A stretch of 64,000 nucleotides of DNA from Mobula hypostoma (taxonomy: Eukaryota). Position numbers and translations under genes: made by a program. Shown piece by piece: positions 13,780 to 25,245 of the stretch (its first letter is position 1; each line of letters opens with the position of its first letter). The notes under the pieces were generated by a model. That model searched no databases and was not told the origin of the DNA. It saw only the letters and a program-made list of their open reading frames with translations. The DNA lies in the NCBI RefSeq assembly GCF_963921235.1, contig NC_086097.1, positions 208,074,001 through 208,138,000 of the forward strand, given 5' to 3'.

Positions 13780-16700
13780 CTCAATCTGGACATGCCTGAT
13801 TCCGTAATCAGACCTGAGAGCTTCTCAATACACAGCATGGGCCAGACTGCTGGTTCAGAGAAGGCAGAAGGTGGGAGTTTTATGTTTCTTGATAGACTCC
13901 TTGAGGAGCTCAGACACAGCCGCCTTGTTGCACTCTTGTCCCTCTGACCTGGAACATCTAATGATCATGTGCTGATTGTTCTACTTACCAAGAGAATTCT
14001 CCTCCGTAATTCTCAGAGCAGTTTACATGCCGTCAAAGGCCACTGTTCAGAAGGCACTCCAGGTATTGAGTGATGCCATCAGCAAACTAGAAACAGCCAA
14101 CCCTGACAACTTCCAAATCATCGTCAGAGACCTCAATCAGGCTTGTTTGAAGAAATCTCTGTTCAATTATCATCAGCATATCACCTGTATCTCCAGGGTC
14201 TCAACAAACTCAGTGCTGCTATACTATGATTGGGAATGCCTACAGTTCGAAGCCCAGACCGCATTTCAGGAAATCTGATTACTAGGCTGTTCTCCTCCTG
14301 CCTGTATACAGGCAGAGACTAAAGGGCAAGGCTCCAAAAGTAAGCAAAACAAAGAGGTGGGCACGGGAGCCAAGTCTGGCCTCCAAGTAAAATACAAGAG
14401 GTAGGTGATGATCTCTTGAAAGCCATCTCATGTATGAAGTGGCAATTCTGGACCAAAGTAGAATCACTGAAGGATGATCAACAACTGTGGCAGAGCTTGA
14501 ATCTTATCACCTCCTAAAAAGTGAAACCAGGACAACAAGGTTTCATTCCCAGATGAGGTCAATGCCTTTTATACTCACTTTGACAGCCACAACATGGATG
14601 CACCTTCACAAACTCCCACAGTCCCTGATCACCCTGTGATTTCAGTCTCTGAGGCCGACACGACAGCATCCTTCTGAAGAATGAATCCATGGAAAGCATC
14701 CAGCCCAGACAAGGTAACTGGCCGAGTACTAATGACCTGAGCTGATCAACTGGCTGGAGTGTTCATCAATACCTTTAATCTTGCTTTGGCAGTCTAAGAT
14801 ACCCACCTGCTTCAAGCAAGCTTTAATTATACCCGTACCTAAGAAGAACACGGTAACCTGCCTCTATGACTATCGTGCTAAAGTGGTTTGAGATGCTGGT
14901 GAGGAAATACATCAATTTCTGCCTGAGAAGCAACTTGGATTGGCTCCATTTTGCCTACTATCTCAACAGGTCAAGAGCAGATGCCATTTCGTTGGCTCTT
15001 CACTCAACCCTGGCACATCTGGATTGCGAAAGTACATAATCAGGATGCTCTTCTATGATCACAGCTCAGCATTCAATAGTATCATTCCCTCAAAACTAAT
15101 CAATATATTTCAGGACCTTGGCAAAACACCTCTCGGTGCAATTAGATTCTCGATTTCCTCACTTGCAGACCCCAGTCAGTTTGGATTGTCAACAACATCT
15201 ACCCCCACACCACAAGGCTGTGTATTAATATGTCATTAATATTTGAATAATATTCTAAATATGTTGTTTGATTCAGAATTCCTTTTTTTACAATACATTA
15301 CAGGTATGTAATGTATGTGAATGGCATGTCATTGCACCATCACGTCATTTGTCAGTGCTCGGTAAAGTAAAAAATGAAACCGAGAAGTACACGTATTATC
15401 CTCGGTCTCTTCGTGTTTTTCTTTTGATATGCTTTTATGTTTTGGAGTTAAATAAACAAAACAATAGCAACGAGGAAGGTCCAAAACGAACCCAAAATGA
15501 CTACCTACCTATTGAAGCACAGTGAGAAACAGTCAAGTAAAATAACATGCAGCACATATTTCTTCAGGAAGGGAAGAAACAGTTGAGCTTAAAAAAAAGG
15601 CAGAAAATGGACAAATTCATGGATTCAGAAATAAAGAGCACTGGGCTATAATATTAACAATAAAAAAGAGCAGAAATGGCTGGCTACATTGAAAAGATAA
15701 ATTTGTTCAATTGCCTAAAAGATAACTGGATGTTCTATACTGAGTGAATTGAACAGCATTTTGAAGCAAATGAAATGGCCAATGAAAAGTAAGTGCCAGT
15801 TTTGCTGAGTGCATTGAGTGGAAGAGCATACAGTTTGCTTAAAGTTTAGCTGCTCCAATTAAATCAGCCTTTGCCGATATCATGAAAGTAAGGCAGGAAT
15901 ATTTAGAACTGAAACCTTTGTTGATTGCAGATCGCTTTAGGTTTCATAAGTGGAATTGAAAGGAAGGGGAGTCCATTTCAGAGAATGTGGCTGAATTGAA
16001 GAGATTGTCTGAGCATTGCCAGTTCAGTGAAGGGCTTAATGATGCACCGAGAGCTTGTTTAGTTTGTGGAATCTCACAAGAAAGCATCCAAAAACAGCTC
16101 CTAACTGAAGCACAACTCACGTTTAAAAGAGCAGCTAAAATCACCATAACAATGGAAACAGCAGCCAGAGGTGCAATTGAGTTGCAGTCAAGAATGAAAG
16201 TGAGCGTGAACAAAATGGCAGTGTCTGGATGGGAGCCTACCTGTCCAGACAAATTGTGTTACCATTTATGGTAGGGGCTCACATACACTAGTCCAATGCA
16301 AATTTCAAAACACACTTGTAAAAAATGCAACAAAGCAGGACACATACAAGAAGCATATCAGGCTGACAGCACCAGAATGAACTTGCCCTTGATGGAGGTT
16401 TTCTTATGTGGGGATGGAGAGTTGTTGTACCACCCAAACAGAGAGCTAAAGTGCTGGAGGAGCTACATGCTGGTCATCTAGGTGTGGCCAAAAGTAAAGC
16501 ATTGGTTCGAAGCTTAGTCTGGAGCTCTGGAATAGATTTGCAGATCAAGCAGCTTGCCATGCAGTGTTCGGGATGCCAACACATTCAGAAGAAAGGTATT
16601 GTAGTGATGCCAGAACTATTTCTGCAGTCTGCAGTCCCAGAGTCAACCCCTACAACCTACACAGAGGAGGCCCCAAAAGCTGAGACTATTTCGTAGCGAC

Positions 16701-18000
16701 AAGTCTCTCCAGCCAAGCAGTGTGACCATCCACTTGTCAGGAAAAAATTATCCCACAAGAGATATTATCCTCCACAGCGATTAAATCTTTAGGTTGGAAT
16801 GGGACAATTTAAAAATTTACTATACTGTGGATGTCTATATAGAAGTTGTATTATATCCTATACTATGTGTATGTATGCATATATAAGCTGAGATGGATTC
16901 CATGTTGAGTTGGAGTTTATAGCTCTGCAGGGCTGCAGAGAGGAGTGCTGTGTATTTAATATTTCGGTAATATTGGAAAATATTCTAAATACGTTGCTTG
17001 ATTAAGCATTCTTTGTGTTTAAGTTATTCATTAAGGGTTATAGTAGAAGTACAGGAGTGGCATATGCTATTAAGCCACCACATTCATATGTGACTGTCTT
17101 GCTAAAGTAAAAATATAAAACTAAGCACACACATTATCCCCAGTGTCCTGTGTTTTTCTTTTGATTAGTTTTGTGTTTTAGAGTTACAAAATATTACAAG
17201 CAGTATCAGGGAGCTGATTATTAACTTCAGGAGAAGGAAACCAAAGGTTCATGAGCCAGTCCTCACGGGGGGATCAGAGTGAGGTGGGTCAGCAACTTTA
17301 AATCCCTCAGTGTTATGATTTCAGCGGATTTGTCCTGGGTAAGTGCCATTATGTTCTTAGAAGTTTGTGAAGATACAGCATGTCATCTAAAACTATGACA
17401 AACTTCTATAGATGTGTGATGGAGAGTATATTGACATGGTTGTGTGACAGCCTTTCCAGGAAACACCAATGTCCTTGAACAAAAAAGCCTTCAGAAAGTT
17501 GTGTATACAGCTCAGTCCATCACAGTTAAAGCCCTCCCGCCATTGAGCACTTCTCCTGGGAGTGCTGTTGAAGAAAAGCAAAATTCATCATCAAGGACCC
17601 CCACCATCCAGTTCATACTCGCCTCTCGATGCTGCCATCAGAAAGAAGGTACGGGGTCTCAAGACCCACACTACCAGGTTCAGTTCAGGAATAATTATTA
17701 CCCCTCCACCATCTTGCTCTTGAACCAGAGATGATGCCTTCACTCAACTTCACTCGCCCCATCACTGAGCTGCTCCCACAATCTATGCACTCACTTTCTT
17801 CATTTCATGTTCTCAATGTTTTATTGCTTATTTATTTATCATTATTTTTTCTTTCTTTTTGTACTTGCACAGTTTGTTGTCTTTTGTACATTGGTTGTTT
17901 GTCCATCCTGTTGGTTGTGGTCTTTCCTTGATTCAGTTGTAGTTCTTGTAGTCCCTTTGAATGTCTGCAAAAAAATTTATCTCTGATTTGTATATGGTGA
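13780..18000 (+). mobile_element. Degenerate Rex1/Babar LINE split by a Gypsy insertion (15216-17198)
   Basis: FYLPREFSSV and RDLNQA (APE); DHSSAFNSIIP and PQGCV (RT). Resumes after 17198 at ELIINFRR and runs into the 3' UTR. Confidence 0.85.
15216..17198 (+). mobile_element. Internally deleted Ty3/Gypsy LTR retrotransposon (gag plus integrase zinc-finger remnant)
   Basis: Direct LTRs at about 15216-15463 and 16946-17198; degenerate PBS atagcaacgagga (cf. TGGCGACGAGGA, tRNA-Ser GCT); purine tract agagaggag before the 3' LTR; gag AELKRLSEHCQF, knuckle CKKCNKAGH, integrase ELHAGHLG..CSGC. Confidence 0.88.
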
Positions 18001-18011
18001 TATATTGTATA

Positions 18012-18910
18012 CTGTTCCGTGCAAATGTCTTAGGCACATATATATAGCTAGGGTACCTAAGATTTTTGCACAATACTGTAGTTATTTTATGTATTGCACT
18101 GTACTGCTGCAGCAAAATAAAACAATTTTCATGACATATGTGAGTGATGATCAATCTGATTCTGATACGGGTCTCTACTGTGGACTGAGAGTGGGAAGGG
18201 GACAGGAAGAGGGGAATCATGGTTGGGAAAAGAGGAAGGGAGAGGTTATGGAGCAGGGAGCACCAGCAACTTTCTGTAATGATCAGTAAAACAATTGTTT
18301 GGAATCAAATAACCTTGCCCGGTATCTCGAGGCTGAGTCTGTCTGGACCTGTGCCACCCCTGCACCTGGCACTCCATTTCTGCCACCCCCTGCACCTGGC
18401 ACTCCTTTTCTGCCACCCCCTGCACCTGGCACTCCTTTTCTGCCACCCCCTGCACCTGGCACTCCATTTCTGCCACCCCCTGCACCTAGCATTCCATTTC
18501 TGCCACCTCCTGCACCTGGCACTCCATTTCTGCCACCCCCTGCACCTGGCACTCCTTTTCTACCACCCCCTGCACCTGGCATTCCTTTTCTGCCATCCCC
18601 TGCACCTGGCACTCCTTTTCTGCCAGCCCCTGCACCTGGCACTCCTTTTCTGCCACCCCCTGCACCTGGCACTCCTTTTCTGCCACCCCTGCACCTGGCA
18701 CTCCTTTTCTGCCAGCCCCTGCACCTGGCACTCCTTTTCTGCCACCCCCTGCACCTGGCACTCCTTTTCTGCCACCTGCCTCACAGCACTCCACCCTAAC
18801 CATTCCCAACATCCTTTGCTACCCACAGATTTACAAATTCGCTCTCCACTCCACATTGACAAGTATAGTACTGTGCAAAAGTCTCAGGCACCCTAGCTAT
18901 ATATATGCCC
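18012..18910. mobile_element. Composite non-autonomous Tc1/mariner-like element with palindromic ends
   Basis: TIR-like cagtactgtgcaaaagtcttaggcac variants at 18012, 18053-18078 (inverted) and 18866, each next to TA; 18037-18078 is the reverse complement of about 18866-18907. Confidence 0.75.
18352..18778. repeat. 30-bp minisatellite, about 14 copies (tgcacctggcactccttttctgccaccccc)
   Basis: Tandem array directly visible; one 29-bp unit near 18690. Confidence 0.97.
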
Positions 18911-19439
18911 TTGAATCTTACTTTGATCTTTGAACTTTGTAATGACATGATTTGATGCGCCAAAAATGGCTTCCAAGAAAAGTGGTGGCTCCCTGTTTTG
19001 AACAGCCTTCCAGTAGTAAGCAATAAACAGGGTTGGTTAATTTCAATATAAATGCTGAGCTGCAGAGAAGCACCTCATTTTGATTCAAAGTATACCGTAA
19101 AATAATTCTGAACACATTTCTTGTAATTACATTCTTTCAATGGCTTGCATGTTTCCAACTACAGTGATGAGTCATAGGCAAAGAAGATTGTCTACCAACA
19201 ACCATCTTCCTAATATACTGTATGTGACCCTGCTGGAACAATTAATTACCATGTAATAAAGGCACGAAGAGTGCCTCTCAGAATGGTGGGAATTAACACA
19301 AGTCAAACAGCAGACACTGTAACGGTAGCTTTACCCCAGCAAAACGGAACTTGGGTTCAGCAAAGAATTAAAAGGAAACAATCTGTTTTAAATTTCCCAA
19401 TATTCAGGTTTTACAGAGTCATGATGCAGGAAAAACTGG

Positions 19440-19808
19440 TCTCCTGAAAGGTGTAGGTAGAATGGACAGGGAGAGGATTCCTGGTTTCCTGGAGTGGGGA
19501 AGTCTAGTGGGCAGAGCTTCAGAATCATTGGACATCCCTTTAGAAAAGGATGAGGAGGACTTTCTTTAGCCAGAGGGTAGTGAATCTGTGGAATTCATCA
19601 CCACAGGTGGCTATGGAGGCCAAGTCATTGGGTATATTTAAAGCGGAGGTTGATAGGTTCTTAATTAGAAAGGATATTAAAGGTTACGGGGAGAAGGCAG
19701 GAAAATGGGGTTCAAAGGGATAATAAAATAGTCATGATGGAATGGTGGAGCAGTTTCGATGGGCTGAATGCCCTATATCTGCTCCATGTCTTATGGTGTT
19801 ATGGTCTA
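19440..19808 (+). mobile_element. CR1 3' end fragment
   Basis: Similar to 9770-10131; ttatggt tail. Confidence 0.85.
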
Positions 19809-20621
19809 AAAACCACAAGATGGTACACTTCAGACTTAACCCTTCCTCCATGATTAACTGTGAATGAGAAGTCCAACAAGTCTCAGGATTCCCAGCAGCT
19901 TCAAGGGACGTGGGCAATGATGCACTGTCCAAGACTACCAAACTTATCTATTTTCTTATGTAGTAACCAGAGAGAGATGGCAAGGCTCTGAAAGAAGTCT
20001 AGGAAGAGATGTTCAGAACATTGAAAGAGGGGCACAAAATGGACACTTACTTAGTATCAGCATGAGAAGAAAGCTGAAATGGCTTTGCGTTCTATTGTCA
20101 ACTATCCCACTATGAACCACCTGGAGAGCAGAACAAGCAATGGAGATGTTTTGGGAACACATCTTATGAAAGGGACATTCTGATAAGTTGCAAGTGCACG
20201 AACGGACACTCTGATAATCAAGGAACTGGTGGTTGAGATAATTGTGGATTGGTACCAGCAGGAATTTGAAGGGGTTAAAGAAGCAAACACATGCTTATAT
20301 GGAGAAGAGTGGACTGTAATTGTCAATAAAGAACTAAGATATACAAAAAAATGCATAAATGGGTGTCTTAAAGCAGTGACTTCAGAGATGAGCCACCAAA
20401 GAAGGCCATGAGCCAGGGACTCAGGAAAGAACTGACCACAAATGAACCCCAGCAAGAGTGGGTAATATCTAAATACTGGCACTGGGGTTTGGAAGCAGTG
20501 ATAGTAAGCTAAAAAGTTGTGTCATTAAAAGCTTTGGGAAACTAATGAGTTAGTGGACCTTGTTGAAATTACGTAGTGAACCGTTGAGGTATTTGAACTA
20601 ATTGTGATTAATAAAGAAGTA

Positions 20622-20826
20622 CTTCATACTTTATACATTATTGTTGCCAAACAATTGATACTAGAGCGCACAATCATCACAGCGATGTTTGATTCTGCGC
20701 TTCGCACTCCCTGGAGTACAAATCGATAGTAAATAGTAAAAATTTAAATTATAAATCATAAATAGAAAATAGAAAAGAGAAAGTAAGGTAGTGCAAAAAA
20801 AACAAGAGGCAGGTCCGGATATTTGA
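20622..20826 (-). mobile_element. Short LINE 3' UTR insertion (family uncertain)
   Basis: Reverse-strand tail-like end (tacttcatactttatacattattg); possible GAAGTA duplication on both sides. Confidence 0.45.
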
Positions 20827-21219
20827 AGTATATTTGTTAGGCAAAGCCTAGCAACATGTTTCAACATGTGCTGCACTTAATTGCCAACACATTACTGTCT
20901 GCAGAACCGCCCATGTCACCAAAATCATCTTACACCATTGTAAGCATTGAGCACCGCCGCCCCCTCCCCCCCCCCCCCACACCACTACTACTATAATCAG
21001 GATCCATTAGCTCAATCACCATGACTGGGAAACGTAGAGCTGAATCTTAACCCCTCTTGTGATCAGTTACCACCCCACCTAGATTTTATCTCTTCTTTCT
21101 CCATGCCACCACTAACCAACTGCAGGGTATTTAGTTGTGGCCCCTTTGGGAGTGCTCCCTGCTCATCAATCAGGCTGGCTTTCAGCTCAGGAAGCTGATG
21201 AGATTAAATTACATACAAT

Positions 21220-22200
21220 GTAACATTAAAAGAGTGGTGTGCTGTCGGGGATTAGTGCTGGGTTTGTTGTTGTTTTTCCCCTATGTTAATAAGTTGGATG
21301 ATAACGTGGTAAACTGGAAGAGCCCCATTTTGAGGATGACACCAAGACTGAGGCGAAGTGAACAGTGAGAAAGGCTTCCAAGCTTGTAGCTGGAACAATG
21401 GGCTGAACAGCGGCAGATGGAATTTAAGGCAGTCAAGTGTGTTGTGTTGCATTTTGGTAGGACAAACCAGGGTAGGACTTAAACAGTGAAGGATAGAGCA
21501 CTGAAGATTGAAGTAGACTATTGGATCTGTGAGTACAGACACATAAATCCTTGAAAGTGGTGTCACTGAAAGAAAGGGCTGTAAAGAGAGTTTTTGGCAC
21601 ATTGACCCTCATAAATCAGAGTATTGAGTATAGGAGATGGAATGTTAAGTTGAAGTTGTATAAGACATTGGTGAGGCCAGATTTGAAGTATTGTGTGCAG
21701 TTCTGGTCACCTACCTGCAGGAAAGATATCAATATGATTGAGGGAATGCAGAGAAACTTTACAAGGATTTTGCCAGGACTTGAGGATCTGAGTTAAGTAA
21801 GTTGGAACTTTAAATGAGATTTGACAGTGGTGTACTAATTTATGATGGGTTTAGATAGGGTAAATGCAAGCAGGCTTTTTCCACTGAGTTTAGGTGGACT
21901 AGAGCTTGAGGACATAGGTTAAGGGAGAAAGATGAAACACTTAAGGGAATTCTGAGGGAGAACTTCTCCATTCAAAGGGTGGTGGGAGTGTGGAATGAAC
22001 TGTTAGTGAAGTGGTGAGTGTGGGTTTGATTGCAACATTTAAGAGAGGTTTGGATAGGTACATGGATGGCAGGGATATAGAGAGCTTTGGTATGGGGTAG
22101 GTCAATGGAACTAGAGAAAATAATGGTTCAGCATGGTCTGGAGGAGCCAAAAGGTCTGTTTCTATGCCGTCATGCTCTATGAATCTATTGATCTATGACA
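21220..22200 (+). mobile_element. Degenerate CR1 3' fragment
   Basis: LYKTLVRPDLKYCVQFWSP motif; ctatg-type tail. Confidence 0.85.
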
Positions 22201-23459
22201 TGGGACAACAGTGCTTAAAACTTGTTGCAGTGTAGATCTAGGTCTAGAAATCAAATGTGACAATGTGATGGCAGGTTTATTAGTTTACAGGTACCTTTCA
22301 AATGAGATGTCAAACTGAGACTATATCTGCTTTCGCAGGCATAAATAAAAAATCAATATTTCAAAGAGGAACAATGAATTATCAATGATGACTGAGCTAG
22401 TACTTATTTCTCACTCAAGGAAACACGTTAACTGTTCATTATCAGATTAGTACTTGCCAGAAATTCGGTGCGCCTATCTTGTCTAGTGTTATTCTACAAA
22501 AGCTAGACTTCAGTAATAATACATTGTGACTATGTTGGGAAGTTGCTATAGCTGTCCAGATCTTTCTTTAATTTCACAGGTGCTGAGGGAGCTCTGTGAT
22601 CTGAGAGATTCTCAGTCTAACTTTAGTCTGCTTCACATTTAACAAACCTTCACATGGATTTCGCCTCCTTCAAGCAATGGCTTTGAATTGTGGAGCCTGA
22701 CTTAAAGTTGTAGCCTGACTTTGAGGTCACTATTATAAAAGTGATTCAACAAGAACAAAAATTGATAATGAAGCATCTGCAAAATTTCACCTGTTCTTTG
22801 CAACCAGAGCTGTGTGATGGAAATGAATATTTATAACATCATATCCACATGTAACTATAAATAGAATTGATGTTTACTCTTTGGAACATGGAAAATTAGA
22901 ATTGCTAACTTGTCTGTGATGAATTATTTTCCGGGTTCAATGAGCTGAAAAATGGATGTTCTCGCCAGCATGCTAGTAGCAAGAAGTGATTTATCCATTT
23001 TCGTGACTCTTCACTGATTCACAATTTGTATTTTTCAACCATATCTCTTTCATTTCCGCTGTAAATTCATTATCTACTTTTTCTTCTATTTAAATTTCTA
23101 TAGTATATGCTACTTGAAAAACTAACATCAGTAAGTTTATTTGCAGGATCATTGGTGGTGAAGGAATCCTAGATATAAACTGGAAATAAATATTGCTGCA
23201 CTTGGTAAGTGATCAATATTGCATGAGCTCATGATATACTAGTTACTGAGAGACATTGAGCAGGTAGCAATTTCGAATTTTGATATTGCGTAGGAGCTGA
23301 ATGGGTTCAAGACAAAATGAGAAGGTGGAGTGAACATTTTGACTGGCATCATTCAGGGAAATGCTAACCTATCTTTGTTTGTAAAGAATTATACAACACA
23401 GAAACAGTCCCGTTGACTCAACTCGTTCATGCCGACAAATGTATGTAGTCTGACCACAA

Positions 23460-24200
23460 GTTCAACTTTAAGTTTAATTGTCATTCAACCATACACATGG
23501 ATACAGCCAAACAAAACAGTGTTCATCTGGGGCTTAGGTGCAAAGCATAGTACCAACACATGTAGCACACAAAATTATGATAGCAGAAAAACATACAGTT
23601 ATATTTAAACATATAAACATATTATAGCCCAAGTCCCTCAGTGTCATGGCCTGTAGATTGATGGTACATGGACGTTGTCCTGGAGTCATGTTTCTGCAAG
23701 AACAAGCCTGCAGTAGTTCTTATCACGCCCTGGTGCAGCCGCAGACGAATGCAATCCAGCTTGTCTTCCACTGATCAAACAGTGGAGAGCTGATCAAACA
23801 CTGATGGGAGGGGCCAACCTCCAATCAGTGCAGAATCCAGCAGCTCGTAGCCAATTCCGGCGTCTCCTTCCCAGGCAGTCGCAACAGCCTACACAGAGGC
23901 ATAAGGGCCTGGTCCGGGCCACAGCCAAGGCCACACAGTTCCTCCATCCTCAGTCTCACCATGAACCAATGAACCAATGAATCAGACTTGCAGTATTCTA
24001 CTGTACCAATATCCAACAGGGTCCTGCGATCATAATAAAAACATCCAAGCCAATCATTTCCACTGATTGTCGGATCGCACTCCTACTCTGATGCCTCATT
24101 CTCAGGGTGGCTGAAGCAGGCTGCAACACGGTGCACAGCAAGTCCAGCTCCACCACTACTGAGCAACTCACTAGTGGGATAGACCTGCCATATTTGATTT
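23460..24200 (-). mobile_element. Unclassified non-autonomous interspersed repeat
   Basis: Reverse-strand LINE-like tail (aagttcaactttaagtttaattgtcattc) and a GC-richer body with no ORF; layout like 40928-41550. Confidence 0.4.
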
Positions 24201-24704
24201 TCTTCCTATCCAGCTGCATCTGGCAATCATTAAAAAAACATAAAGGTTGAACAATTGCAACAAAAAGTTTGTTGCTTTGCATTTTAACCATTCTTGTTTT
24301 TACTTCCGAGTTCTAGAAATTGTGATATTTCATTGCAAGTTTAGTCATAAATAATAATTGATCATGTTATTGGAAAAATGACCTGCATGGATCTTTATTA
24401 TATCAAGGGGTAGGAATATCAGAAATCAGCACCATACCAAGTGAATTTTGAATGCAGGATGTACCAAGTTTAATATAGTGTTGAATTAGATAGCCAAATC
24501 TGTTGTCTGCAGAATTGGCAGCATAGGTTACCAAACAGTTAATGATTACTTTAAAATATTTAACTAACACATTACATTAAGTTTTTGTAGTTAAAATTAG
24601 ACCGGCAGCAAGAAGGACCTCTCTTCCCACTTCTTCCACCAGTGCTAATTAAGGGGATCATCATTCACTTCAGATTCTTTCCTGAATAATTTACAATGGT
24701 TGTT

Positions 24705-24866
24705 AAAATCTACAGGAAATGCAGATGTCTGCAATACACACAAAATGGGGTCTCAGCCCAAAACATCAGCTGTACTCTTCCATAGATGCTGCCTGGCCTG
24801 CAGAGTTCCTCTGGCATTTTGTGTGTGTTGCTTGGATTTCCAGCATGGCAGATTTTCTCCTGTTTG
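24705..24866. mobile_element. Penelope-like pLTR remnant (inverted partial copy plus decayed hammerhead motif)
   Basis: caatacacacaaaatg and cattttgtgtgtgttg form an inverted pair; gggtctcagcccaaaacatc; same repeat at about 53115-53312, 58258-58385 and 46544-46635. Confidence 0.7.
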
Positions 24867-25245
24867 TGGTAGCAGATGACTGATTACTTTATACTAACTT
24901 CAGCACTTCTATATAAGCCTGTTGGTCACAAATGTGAATGAATTGTTTGGAATTCTTGGGGAAGTATGATAAGACTGGTGCAACGTCCAAGGCAATCTTC
25001 CTCAGGCTGTCAGCAGTTTCAAGAGCTGAGAAATCACCCACATAGCTCTCAGAATGATCATTCACACCAAAATCTGCCACTGTTTTGACCAATAATTGCA
25101 ACCTCATAACTGATCAAGGCACACTTCTTATAGACAATGATTCTGTCTGTTATTTATTAGCTACATTAGTACACCTGTTCATCAGTGCAAATATCTAATC
25201 ACCCAATCATGTGGCAGCAACTCAGTATATAAAAGCATGCAGACA

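Noticed and set aside
18352..18778. CRISPR-like array
   Set aside because: The units are contiguous with no unique spacers, there are no cas genes, and the context is eukaryotic.
18219..18896. Long Pro-, Gly- or His-rich ORFs in all six frames
   Set aside because: They are an artefact of the stop-free 30-bp minisatellite.
19950..20860. Purine-rich, coding-like or LTR-like stretch
   Set aside because: Multiple stops, no recognisable motif and no defined termini.
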